Source of the DNA: a virus
Lineage: Duplodnaviria > Caudoviricetes
Length of the DNA stretch: 50,765 nucleotides
Virus record (IMG/VR): IMGVR_UViG_3300032194_000056
Coordinates: 1 to 50,765 of that record
Direction: 5' to 3' (one strand)
Shown here: positions 34,310-44,524 of the stretch, piece after piece
Position numbering within the stretch: the first letter of the stretch is position 1
Layout of the letters: the number at the start of each line of letters is the position of its first letter
Notes under the pieces: model-generated
Told to the model about the DNA's origin: nothing
Seen by the model: only the letters and a program-made list of their open reading frames with translations
Databases searched by the model: none
Made by a program: the position numbers and the translations under genes

Positions 34310-36184
34310 TCAAGCGGCGTGATACGTTAAACTGAATCTGCAGACTCCAGTAGTTCCAGTATCATTTTGTGCTTGATGGAGCATTACAAATATTTCGTTA
34401 TCATTGGCAGAAGTATTGTCAACAACACCACCAAATCCCCTGGATGCAGACCAATAAGATGATCCACAGAATACTGATCCCTTATCACCATCAGTTGCCA
34501 TATCGAAAGGGGGAGTCACGGTAAACCCTAACTCTGTATTATTACCAGTGTTGGTGTATGATACTTCGCCTTCAATGTAAACTAATTGTCCAATCCTTGT
34601 ATAGTACCCCTCAACAAAAGAAGCAGCGGATAAATTGGAATTCGTAGTAACTGTGGTAGACCATGTTCCTTCTTCGTATTTTCTGAAGATTCCATTTGTT
34701 CCCGTAGCGGTGCTACTAGATGAAAGAGCTCCTGTTCCAAAAGCTCCCAGATTGATTCCAGCACTGGAGAATGCCATGAAACCAATCTGATCAAATATAG
34801 CAACATCAGCTTCAACTGATAGAGCACCAAGGTTACTGCCACCAATCGTCATGATACTACCTGTTCCAGTAGTAATTGCTTTAATTTTTTGTGCAGTTAC
34901 TTCTTTGGTATCATCAGTAAGTGTGAGGTCTCCCGCAAACGTGGCGTCACCGCCAGCCGTAATGCTTGCTGTTTCTGAAGTACCATAATACATCTGGAAT
35001 CGTTTATCAGTGGCAGATCCAGAACCATCTCTCTGGATGCGGAGTTGACCTGATGAGAAAGCTTGAACACCTCCAGTGCTCGCATTAGTTATATCAGGCG
35101 CACCAATAGTAGTATTGCCAACTACATCTAAAGTATCAGAAACATCTAAAGTTCCAGTAATCTCAACACCATCGGTTGTGGTTTTGAGTTTTTCTGATGT
35201 TTGATAGTATAGCTTTACAGCGCAACTGGAATCAACCTGGAGACCTAAATTACCAGTGCTTTGCCACAATGCTACTCCAGTACGACCTTGGATGTTGATA
35301 GTAGTAGCAGTGTTTCCGATATCGTTATCATCATTTCTGATATACGTTTCACCGCTCGAACCAAATACTTTTAGATAATTAGCTTGAGTGCCTCCTACTG
35401 CAAGGCGAACTTCTCCAGTACCACCCAGCTGTTCAATTTTAACAACACCATCGATATCAATACCATCATCAATTAATAGTGTTGGATTTGCAGCACCCTG
35501 GTAATAGAATCTAGTAGAACCAAAAGGACTGAAGATTACTTGATCTTGGTATTGTGTGTTTACGCTGTCATACCATCTGACATGGAAACCAACCTCACTC
35601 TCCAGTCTCAATTCTGAATCTTCATTTCTATAATAGAGACTAGCATCTTCGTTTGTGCCGAAATAAGCGCGTCTATCGTCTTTCATGTGTAGAGAGGTAG
35701 CCTCTACATCTTCAAATAGTGCGTTGCCTGTATTGAATATTGAGAATGTAGGAGCACCGCCAGCGTTATTAATAATAGAGTTGCAAGTAATATCAGTAGA
35801 GACATCAAGATCTCCTAAAACTGATGCACCAGTAGCAGAAGTCCCAAATTGCTTGGTGCCATCATGGTACAGTTCAACAGGTCCATCCTTCAAGAATGTG
35901 GCATACAATTCACTAGTATCAGTTGCTGATCTGATCTGTAAAGCATCAGATTCAATGAATGATGTCAAGACACCTACTGAACTATCATAGTAAATTTTTA
36001 GGTCAGCATCATCACCGAAGGATGCACTACCACTATCCGAGAAAGTAATATCACCAGTGAATTCTTTATCCCCACCAAACGTTTGTACACCATCGATCGC
36101 GGTGTTGAGGTCAGATGCGATTAAGTTAATCTCTTGACGCTGCTGTTCCAGCGTATGCGCCTTTGGTACGTTGCGTAGTGTCAT
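34310..36184 (-). CDS. Tail-fibre-like protein
   Basis: 624 aa. Repeated FG...D..IYY and V.LY.....K..TT..G..I.G motifs, with a C-terminal YEEGTW...GYYTRIGQLVYI fibre-tip domain. Confidence 0.72.
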   Translation of the reverse strand: MTLRNVPKAHTLEQQRQEINLIASDLNTAIDGVQTFGGDKEFTGDITFSDSGSASFGDDADLKIYYDSSVGVLTSFIESDALQIRSATDTSELYATFLKDGPVELYHDGTKQFGTSATGASVLGDLDVSTDITCNSIINNAGGAPTFSIFNTGNALFEDVEATSLHMKDDRRAYFGTNEDASLYYRNEDSELRLESEVGFHVRWYDSVNTQYQDQVIFSPFGSTRFYYQGAANPTLLIDDGIDIDGVVKIEQLGGTGEVRLAVGGTQANYLKVFGSSGETYIRNDDNDIGNTATTINIQGRTGVALWQSTGNLGLQVDSSCAVKLYYQTSEKLKTTTDGVEITGTLDVSDTLDVVGNTTIGAPDITNASTGGVQAFSSGQLRIQRDGSGSATDKRFQMYYGTSETASITAGGDATFAGDLTLTDDTKEVTAQKIKAITTGTGSIMTIGGSNLGALSVEADVAIFDQIGFMAFSSAGINLGAFGTGALSSSSTATGTNGIFRKYEEGTWSTTVTTNSNLSAASFVEGYYTRIGQLVYIEGEVSYTNTGNNTELGFTVTPPFDMATDGDKGSVFCGSSYWSASRGFGGVVDNTSANDNEIFVMLHQAQNDTGTTGVCRFSLTYHAA

Positions 36185-36378
36185 TTGATTAACTGCTTAA
36201 GGAGGGACTTAATTTCGGACATTTCTTCCTTCAAACTATTTAGATCATCCTGTACATTTTTAAACTCTTCTGCGAGTTTCCTCTTGGGTTTGGGTGCCGT
36301 GTTAATAATGGCACCCGTATTCATATCACGGACAAGATTTTCTTGTCCCTCTACTTTTAAATATTCTGATAGTTTCAT
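36181..36378 (-). CDS. Small hypothetical protein
   Basis: 65 aa from ATG 36378 (MKLSEYLKVEGQENLVRD...), with a coiled-coil C-terminus. Coupled to both neighbours. Confidence 0.7.
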   Translation of the reverse strand: MKLSEYLKVEGQENLVRDMNTGAIINTAPKPKRKLAEEFKNVQDDLNSLKEEMSEIKSLLKQLIK

Positions 36379-36379
36379 A

Positions 36380-39300
36380 TTAGAAGGAAGCAACTGCTCT
36401 CATGTCTTGGATCTTGGGTACATATGAAGGATTGTCAGACTTCATCACGATCTTAATTGCGAACGAAGAGAAGTCAGCAAGATCTTCTGTACTGAACTTC
36501 AATTCTTGATATGCAGATTGTGACTCAAACTGACCAGAGATGCTGTTTTCTGCGGTTGCAATAACATCATCGTCAGATGCACCATTACCATTGAAGTATT
36601 CCCAGTTGAGGTCATCAAACTTTTGCTGGGATGCTTCTGGTTTCACCTTATATAGAACCTGTAAATTATTGACATCACTTACATTAACCGTGAGATTAAC
36701 GTTGATTCCAGTGGCGGGAGAGGCAAGGACGACTTCTTTAGTAACATACTTGGCGACACCAGAAGTATTGACCGATCCACCCTCGCCAACATAATCAACA
36801 CCATCCGTGTATGTCATAGATTTGATCTCTGCATACTTGGAAGTCTCGAAGGAAGATCCGTCAAAGTCAATTAGATCTCCTACACGGAATACATCAGCAA
36901 GTTGCTCACTTGTAGTGCTGCTTCTTGCATAATCACTACCTAATGTGATTTCGCTGGTGTAGTTTCCGTTAATAGGATTCTTGTCATTCTCTAGAGTAAG
37001 AGTCTTGGTCTTGGTATCCCAAACAATTACCTTGCCACTGATCTTATTCTCATACTTATCAATTCTTTGTGCGGGGTTGAAAGCAGTTACTGTTGTTCCA
37101 ACAACAAAGTTAGGAATCTGATCGAAGATTCCATCAGTAGAAATAGTAACAGTGATGCCCTCCAGATCACCACCAGCAGCAGACTGGGTGCTGAAGAACA
37201 GTTGCTCTCCAATGTCGAAGTTTACAGAATTCTTGATCTTCACATAAACATCACTTCCAATAACACGAAGAACTTCGGATTGTGCTCCTGAAGTTACGCC
37301 AGTAACATTTTGGTTGATAACAATAGGAACTGCAGTTCCGCTGTCCTCATTGCCACTAACTGTGAACTTATAGATGGGGAAGAGCTGAATCTGCTGATAT
37401 CTCTTACCATATCTGTCTTCACTACCAGCAGCGTTTTCAATTCTGTTAGTAATAGTCTTGACAGAAGCAGATCTCAAGTCAATGACAGGAGATAGATAAG
37501 ATTGTTCGGAAGACAACTTCAGTTTGTATGCTAATGAAGTGTCTAGATTATTCAAGCTCTCATTGATGCTAGAAGCAACAACTTTCTGATTTAGGAAATA
37601 CTGTTCCTCGTTGAGGAATGTAGTCTCGAAGTCAGAGATAGAGTAGGAAGTAAAGTTCTTGGTGTTGCTATCAACAGGAACGATGTTGGTAGTTCTTACC
37701 ATGCTGTCGATCTTTGTACCAGAAACTTGTAGGTATGGAATCTGTGCGTACAGTTTTTCGTACTTTCTGTTGTAAGACGCTAGTACAGTTGAACCACCAA
37801 AGAATCCAGTATCAGATGCTCTAGTAGGACCGACGATATTGTAAGTGTCGATACCTACATTAGATACTTGGAATAGGGAAGATTCTACAGTGCTTGCATC
37901 ATATCCAGCAAAGTCTTCAAGACCTCTGAAGAATACCTTCGAGTTTCCTCCAGTTTCAAAACCATGATCTCTATGGTATACCTTAATGATAGAGCTATTG
38001 TTTTTGAAGAGTGGGGAGGTTGCTGTGCTATTTGCAAGAGCATATGTCTCCATTGGATTGTTCTGCAATGCAGTGTATCCAAGATCTTCATTCTTGATTA
38101 GAAGTTCACCAGTTCTGGAGTTATCAAATTCTGCTCTATAGAGAGTAAACTTAATATCTTCAAATAGATCCTCGGTCCAGTTATCTACGTTTTGTGACTT
38201 GAATACAGAACCAAGAAGTGGTTGTGCATTAACAACAAGACCAGAAGAGATATCAGTATCGCCTAGTCTAGATGCCCATAGTTCATACTCAATACTGTCA
38301 CATTCGATGTTGAGTGCGTATTCAGAATTGTTCTGTAGGTAGACTGGATAGTCGAAATCAAATCTTGTAGCAGTTGTAGACTGAATGGATCCTTCTTCAT
38401 CAATCGCAATACCCATTCTAACTGCAGGCTCATCAATCTCAATTTCAGACTCAATTACAGCACCATTATTACCAGCGCCAGTGCCTCTAATAACAACAGA
38501 AGGTGCTTCTGTATATCCTCTACCAGCTAGTGCAACTTCGCTGAAGAAGATTTGACCACCAGAAACCTTGACAGATCCTGTAGCATTGCTACCGCCAGGT
38601 AATTGAGGACTTTCAATGGTGATAGTTGCACTCTCGTATCCAGATCCAAGATTAGTAATGTTCAGTTTAGAAACACGACCAGAATCTTTAGCGATCTTCA
38701 GACCAACAGTAGCATTGTTGGCATTGTTGTAAGTAGTGACCGAATTTAGTGTTAGATCTTCATTAGCAACGAAAGAAGATCCATTATGGTTGCTCAAGAC
38801 AAAGGTATAGACTTGCTCATTGGTGATGAAGATGTCACCGTTAGCAGAAGGCACAACCTCAAAGTTGTTTCTATCTAGAACTTTGGCAATAGGACCAGAG
38901 GCAAGATTCTGTCTACCAGTAATATACTCACCCTTCTTAATAGTGATGTTTCCAGAGGAAAATACCTTGATGAAGGTATCTGGATATAGAGTCTTTTGAG
39001 ATCCAGGCAGAATATACTTGCCAGGTTTGCCACTTTCTACATTGGTTAGGTAAACTCTTAATGGAATAGTTGTACTCTTCTTATTGAAGAATAAATCAAC
39101 GCCAGTAGTGAACATACCACCCTCAAAGTTTTCCACAGTGAAGGTCTGTGCCATTGGGTTCGGTCTGGCAGTGTTCTCGGTGTTGCTATCAATGGTTTGA
39201 ACACCTTCGTTAGCTTTAAAGATAGCAGGTGCGGTAGAGATGATAGATGCTGGTGCTTCGGGCAGAAGACCAGTTGCATAGAACTTGACTTCTGCAAAAG

Positions 39301-42300
39301 AGTCAACTGTAGCAATGTCGGCGTCAGAAGAACTAGAAGTGAATCTAATAGTCTTTGCGCCTGTAGAGAAATACATCTCTTCGGAAGTGTCATCCATGAT
39401 GACCGTATTTACATCACCTGTCCAAGAAGTATTCTCTTTTGGAGCATATCCCGATGGAACAAGAATAATGCCACTAGCGTTACCATATTCATCAGTAGTG
39501 ATATTGCCATTGAATACTGTAGAAGAGTTTCCTGCAATTCCAGTAAATCTAGAGTCAGGGTTTACCCAGCGACCAATATCTCTCTTTTCCATAAAGACAC
39601 TCAATTGTGTCCTTGGCTTCATTCTTCTGATAATGTACTTAATAGGAACAGATCTAGCAAAGAACTTAAGTGAATTTGCTACGTTAGTGCCGTTGATGGT
39701 TTTGTATCCTACACCTTTGGCAATCTCGTTGTTCTGTGGACTGATGTTAGAAGAAGTCGCTACAGTTGCACTCTGTACAGTTGCTTCTGCAGTTCTTGTG
39801 TTATTTTCGGCAAAACTCTTGAGGTTGTAGAAAGACTTATCTACGCCAACCCAGTTAATGATAAAGGAGTTATAGATGCTAGAGAATGCAACACGAACAT
39901 CTTGCTTGCCAAGGAATACAGAGAACAGATTTGTGTTGTTGTCTGTGACCAGAGGAGCAACAGTGTCGTTATACCACTGATCAACATTAGGATGAACAGC
40001 AGCATCTCCAACATATTGAATGACAACGAATGGGTTTGGATTCACTGTCTTGGTTGCAAACTCATTAGTTGCATATGTGACATCAGAGAATGGTAGAGTT
40101 ACAACACCATTAGAGTTTGTATATCCAGCAATTCTTCTTTGATCTGCTCTTCTGTTGACTTCTTGTAATCTGAAGTTATCTTCCTTGGACTGTGGTCTTA
40201 AGACGGACTGTTGAGCATCGATTGAGCACAGGTAGTCAATAGACTTGACATTACCTACGCTATGTGTCTCGAAGTTGTCTACAAGGAAACCACTCTTGGT
40301 TTTGTCGATGCCTAGAGTATCCTTGACTTGCATGTTGAGTGCTTGTTGCTCAAGAATGCTCAAGGTAGTGTAATACTCAAGACGCTCAATACGCTTCTCC
40401 AGTTTACCGATATCACGCATTGTGAAACGACGGTTGTCAACAGGAGTAATTCTTACATCCTTACTTGACTTGGTGAAAGCAGGGACAAAAATGTAGTAGA
40501 GAGGAATGCCATCTTCAATGATCTCTGGCTTACTTGGGTTTAGAGATGCATTGCCTTGCTTAATAATAAACTCGCCCTTCTTATTCAAGAAGACGCCATC
40601 AATTCTATCCAGATACTGTGATTCAGTAAAGGAGATAGTATATGGCAGAGATCTAGCAGAAGATGGTGTGCTGGATACAGATCCGCCTGCACCAATAAAG
40701 TTGATGTATTCTGCTTGTGACAGCAATGAAGTATCTTGGAAACCAGTAACAATGGCAGTTGAATCTACCTTGGGTCTGAAGTCAATAACATTCTTCAGGC
40801 TCAAATTACCATGTACAGCAGAGTTGAAATCAGGAATCTCATCTGCTACAACACCTGCCTCGTGGATGTAAGAGTCAACGGTACAGAAGTCACCTTGAGA
40901 ATGCTCGAAGTAATCGAAAGCAACAACAACTTGTCCAGTAGGTGGTGTAAATCCAGGTTTCAGTACGATTCTGGATACGTCATAGAATGTATCCCTTTGT
41001 CCATCATCAAAAGTAAATCTGTCAGTAAGATCTGTACCAACAACCAGATTGCCATTGACATCAACTGTTGGGGGAGCGGATGCTGATCCTTCATAAATGT
41101 ACCTTACTTTGAATGCATCAGAGAAAGATAGAACTTCACTACTGTCGCTATCGTAGTCAAGACCACGCAAAGGAAGAACTTGATCGCCTGAAGAGGTGAT
41201 AACAATTCTCTTGTTCTTAACTGCTGTCTTAAGTTTTGGTCTACCCTTGGAGACTTCGATGGTAGCGGTCAACTTCAGTTTGGGGAAGTTCGTTACGTTG
41301 TTGCCAAAGTAGTTACCAGGGAAAGTAAGTGTAATACTACCTGAAGACAATCCAGATGTAGCATCTGTAGTATTCAAGATGCTAACAAAATCTGGAGAAA
41401 CATAAATGACATCACCAGTCTCTACTAGATCGGAACCACCTTTATCAAGAACTGTGATAAGGAAGTCTCTTTCTGTGAATTGAGTAAATCTCTGTGTACC
41501 AAAGTCTAATTGTGCAGCGAAAGTAATATTACCACCATTATCACTGCCAGTAGTTACAAAGTCTCTTCTAATGAAGTAACTGATCTTGGTGTCTTCAGTA
41601 GAACTGACGAGACTTCCAACTTCTTTACTGCCTGTTGGGAATAGTAACGTAGATGTTGTTCCATTGCTAATAACAGGACGTAATCTAACAACAGTTGCAG
41701 AAGTTACTGAATCTGGGAGAGCACTACTGAAATAGACTCTAGATTTATCAGTTCCTCTGGGAACGGTTGCATGATCTACGATGAACTTGTTGAGTCTACC
41801 TGTATCATCGTTGAACTGGATAATATCACCTTGGACAAGCATCAATGATGCATCCGCACCAAATCCATTACACTCAAGGAACTTATATCCTTTGGTGCCA
41901 GAAAAAGTAAATTGAGTTACTGTTTTTGTTTCGGAGAATGCTGTGTCTTGAGTTTCAACGTCAGCAGAGAACTTACTAGAAGATCCAAACTCCGAATATA
42001 GAGACTTGACGTTCTGTGCTGTATAAGTCAGAACTGTGTTCTTGAATAGAACAGGAACAACGTTAGCAACAATTGTACTGGTTCCTTCGATGTCAATGGT
42101 TGGAGGTGCAGCATATTCTGTCTGTGTAACATCTCTATTGAGGATTTCTACTTTATAGAGAGTTCCGCCATTGATACCTACATTGATATCCTTGAGTTCA
42201 AAACGAGTGCCGTTGATAGAAATTCTGGATCCTGATGTATAACCAGTTCCTTGTTTTGCAACAACAAAGTGAGAAATAGTATTCTCTTGTGCAATACGGA

Positions 42301-44491
42301 GGAGATCGCCCTCTTCACTGGAGATTGTCTCACCAGGCAAGAAGGTTCCGTAGAGCGTCTTAACATACAGACTCTTACCAAGAGACAGGTAACCATTTGA
42401 AGCGCCTTCTACGACGCCGTAGGCACCGCTGGTGCTGCCTGTGATATACTTACCAGGCGCAAATCCATTGGTGATTGAAGAATCTACCAGGAGACGTGTG
42501 AAAAAGACAGGGTTGAAATAAGATAGATTGAACTTACCGCTGTAAGTAGGAGTTCCGTCAGAAAGCTTACCACGAGAAATAACAATATCAGTATCTTCAT
42601 TGAAACCGTCAGGTCTTCTAACAAGACTGATATCTTTTGGTTTTGCTACACCAATAAGAGGAACAATAGTATTATCATAATCGATAATGTACCCAACATC
42701 ATTAATTTCCTGCTGAACTTCTGCTAGAGACTTATAAAGGAATCTTCTTCTGGTAGATACGTTATCATCATACTCAAGGAAGAAGTTATCTAGATAATCT
42801 TTTCTACCTAGAACAGTTAGTTGTAAATATTGTGCATTGACATCACCAACTTCTGGTCTAGTAATCTTTGCGAAAGAAAGAACCTTTACAGTAGCAGTAG
42901 ATGCTACACCATTAGTGGCAGTTCTAGAGGTGACAAAATGTAGTGTTTTGATGTCTGCCTTGTCTGCAGGAGTATTTGGTTCAATACTTGACTCATCGAT
43001 AAGACCTAGATCGATTGCTGCCTGTACATAAATTGTCTTGATAGCATCGTCTTTGCTGTATCCAAGACCTCTTCTCTCGATAGTCTGAATATAGCTTGTA
43101 GAGTCTTCTAGATCATTTGTTCCATTGACTCCATCGTTATAGGTGGAGTTCAAGAAAATAGTTGGGAATGCAGTTAGATCAGCACCCTCGGCATTCAGAG
43201 GGAGGGTATTGAATACATTAGTAATGGTAAATGCTGCAAGACCATTAGATTTGATCGTTACATTATCTCTAGAAAGAGTATCTCTTGCTTTGTCAACTTC
43301 AATGTATTTGGTTTCTTTGTTGACAATCTCAAAACCACGGACGTATGCTTTACCAGGTCCAATGGTTGCGACCATTTTGTCTGCTGCTTCCACTGCAGTC
43401 AGTCCGTTGGGACCGATGAGACCATTAACACCTGGTGCATATACACCACGATTACCTTCTCTTTGGTAAAACTCTCTGATGTCAAAATCAAAAGAATCTA
43501 CGACATAATCACCAGACTCATCGTAGGTTCTTCTAGCAAGAGTATTCTCAAGTGTATTGTATGCAGCTTGTCTTACCTGCTTCTGAATAACTCCATTCTT
43601 AATAGAAAGAAGTTGAATGAAATTCTTATCGGGAGTCTCTTCAAAAGAATATCTGACTAGACCCAAACTAATCTTCAGACGATGTGCTCCAGGAGCAGCA
43701 TAGTTTGAGGATCCGAATGCATTGTCATATAATGTTGGGTCTTCCTCTGGTGTTACCAGAGTTTCTGTAACTTTAAATCCAACTTTTACTGAAGGATTAT
43801 CGCTATATCCATCAACAACAATAAGGTCTGCAGAATTTCTTACAAAGTATCCATTAACAAAGTATACACCTTCTTCTACCTGTACAGCAGAAGCATATCC
43901 CATTGCACCACTCTCTACGAAGGTGGTAACTTGTGTATCTGGGTCAGTTACCGCAACGCTAGTAGGTAGAACACTCCCGTCAGTGCCAACAACGAGAAGA
44001 GGGCTATTAACGCCATCCACAACTTCGAGCGTTTCTCCTTGACGGAACCTTTCTTCATCTCCTCCATCACCAGCATTTAAATATTTTACATAAAGTGTGT
44101 CTGCACTATTGTCAGTTGCTTTTACAATTGCTTGCACAAGAGCAATAACGCCAGAAGACAACCCGTTGATTTTTTGACCAACAAGGTTGTCGATATCATA
44201 TTTTTGATAAATGATTTCGTCGCCAACATTAACAGCGACTTCAGAAACAGACGATAGTTTTACAAAGTCTAGTTTTTTGTTTAGACCAACCTCACCAGGG
44301 ACAACAAGGTCTCCCTGCTTGAATGCATATTTACCATAACTCTCAATCTGATTCTGCAGAATCGACTGGGTAGTATTCAGCTCCCTCCCTTGGACAGGAT
44401 AGGAAGGTCTGAATAATACCTTGTAGAAGTCGTTTCTTGAATCGTAGTCGTCAAAATATGGGGCGGCTTTAAGATTAGTCTTCTGTGGCAT
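36380..44491 (-). CDS. Large baseplate/virion structural protein (VrlC-like, DUF4815-type)
   Basis: 2703 aa starting MPQKTNLKAAPYFDDYD...VLFRPSYPVQGRELNTTQSILQNQIE. Contains LARRTYDESGDY, RRFTMRDIGKLEKRIERLEYYT and PMAQTF. Located directly after gp8. Confidence 0.8.
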   Translation of the reverse strand: MPQKTNLKAAPYFDDYDSRNDFYKVLFRPSYPVQGRELNTTQSILQNQIESYGKYAFKQGDLVVPGEVGLNKKLDFVKLSSVSEVAVNVGDEIIYQKYDIDNLVGQKINGLSSGVIALVQAIVKATDNSADTLYVKYLNAGDGGDEERFRQGETLEVVDGVNSPLLVVGTDGSVLPTSVAVTDPDTQVTTFVESGAMGYASAVQVEEGVYFVNGYFVRNSADLIVVDGYSDNPSVKVGFKVTETLVTPEEDPTLYDNAFGSSNYAAPGAHRLKISLGLVRYSFEETPDKNFIQLLSIKNGVIQKQVRQAAYNTLENTLARRTYDESGDYVVDSFDFDIREFYQREGNRGVYAPGVNGLIGPNGLTAVEAADKMVATIGPGKAYVRGFEIVNKETKYIEVDKARDTLSRDNVTIKSNGLAAFTITNVFNTLPLNAEGADLTAFPTIFLNSTYNDGVNGTNDLEDSTSYIQTIERRGLGYSKDDAIKTIYVQAAIDLGLIDESSIEPNTPADKADIKTLHFVTSRTATNGVASTATVKVLSFAKITRPEVGDVNAQYLQLTVLGRKDYLDNFFLEYDDNVSTRRRFLYKSLAEVQQEINDVGYIIDYDNTIVPLIGVAKPKDISLVRRPDGFNEDTDIVISRGKLSDGTPTYSGKFNLSYFNPVFFTRLLVDSSITNGFAPGKYITGSTSGAYGVVEGASNGYLSLGKSLYVKTLYGTFLPGETISSEEGDLLRIAQENTISHFVVAKQGTGYTSGSRISINGTRFELKDINVGINGGTLYKVEILNRDVTQTEYAAPPTIDIEGTSTIVANVVPVLFKNTVLTYTAQNVKSLYSEFGSSSKFSADVETQDTAFSETKTVTQFTFSGTKGYKFLECNGFGADASLMLVQGDIIQFNDDTGRLNKFIVDHATVPRGTDKSRVYFSSALPDSVTSATVVRLRPVISNGTTSTLLFPTGSKEVGSLVSSTEDTKISYFIRRDFVTTGSDNGGNITFAAQLDFGTQRFTQFTERDFLITVLDKGGSDLVETGDVIYVSPDFVSILNTTDATSGLSSGSITLTFPGNYFGNNVTNFPKLKLTATIEVSKGRPKLKTAVKNKRIVITSSGDQVLPLRGLDYDSDSSEVLSFSDAFKVRYIYEGSASAPPTVDVNGNLVVGTDLTDRFTFDDGQRDTFYDVSRIVLKPGFTPPTGQVVVAFDYFEHSQGDFCTVDSYIHEAGVVADEIPDFNSAVHGNLSLKNVIDFRPKVDSTAIVTGFQDTSLLSQAEYINFIGAGGSVSSTPSSARSLPYTISFTESQYLDRIDGVFLNKKGEFIIKQGNASLNPSKPEIIEDGIPLYYIFVPAFTKSSKDVRITPVDNRRFTMRDIGKLEKRIERLEYYTTLSILEQQALNMQVKDTLGIDKTKSGFLVDNFETHSVGNVKSIDYLCSIDAQQSVLRPQSKEDNFRLQEVNRRADQRRIAGYTNSNGVVTLPFSDVTYATNEFATKTVNPNPFVVIQYVGDAAVHPNVDQWYNDTVAPLVTDNNTNLFSVFLGKQDVRVAFSSIYNSFIINWVGVDKSFYNLKSFAENNTRTAEATVQSATVATSSNISPQNNEIAKGVGYKTINGTNVANSLKFFARSVPIKYIIRRMKPRTQLSVFMEKRDIGRWVNPDSRFTGIAGNSSTVFNGNITTDEYGNASGIILVPSGYAPKENTSWTGDVNTVIMDDTSEEMYFSTGAKTIRFTSSSSDADIATVDSFAEVKFYATGLLPEAPASIISTAPAIFKANEGVQTIDSNTENTARPNPMAQTFTVENFEGGMFTTGVDLFFNKKSTTIPLRVYLTNVESGKPGKYILPGSQKTLYPDTFIKVFSSGNITIKKGEYITGRQNLASGPIAKVLDRNNFEVVPSANGDIFITNEQVYTFVLSNHNGSSFVANEDLTLNSVTTYNNANNATVGLKIAKDSGRVSKLNITNLGSGYESATITIESPQLPGGSNATGSVKVSGGQIFFSEVALAGRGYTEAPSVVIRGTGAGNNGAVIESEIEIDEPAVRMGIAIDEEGSIQSTTATRFDFDYPVYLQNNSEYALNIECDSIEYELWASRLGDTDISSGLVVNAQPLLGSVFKSQNVDNWTEDLFEDIKFTLYRAEFDNSRTGELLIKNEDLGYTALQNNPMETYALANSTATSPLFKNNSSIIKVYHRDHGFETGGNSKVFFRGLEDFAGYDASTVESSLFQVSNVGIDTYNIVGPTRASDTGFFGGSTVLASYNRKYEKLYAQIPYLQVSGTKIDSMVRTTNIVPVDSNTKNFTSYSISDFETTFLNEEQYFLNQKVVASSINESLNNLDTSLAYKLKLSSEQSYLSPVIDLRSASVKTITNRIENAAGSEDRYGKRYQQIQLFPIYKFTVSGNEDSGTAVPIVINQNVTGVTSGAQSEVLRVIGSDVYVKIKNSVNFDIGEQLFFSTQSAAGGDLEGITVTISTDGIFDQIPNFVVGTTVTAFNPAQRIDKYENKISGKVIVWDTKTKTLTLENDKNPINGNYTSEITLGSDYARSSTTSEQLADVFRVGDLIDFDGSSFETSKYAEIKSMTYTDGVDYVGEGGSVNTSGVAKYVTKEVVLASPATGINVNLTVNVSDVNNLQVLYKVKPEASQQKFDDLNWEYFNGNGASDDDVIATAENSISGQFESQSAYQELKFSTEDLADFSSFAIKIVMKSDNPSYVPKIQDMRAVASF

Positions 44492-44524
44492 TGTATTAAA
44501 CTACCGTCTTGTTTTTGTTTATAA

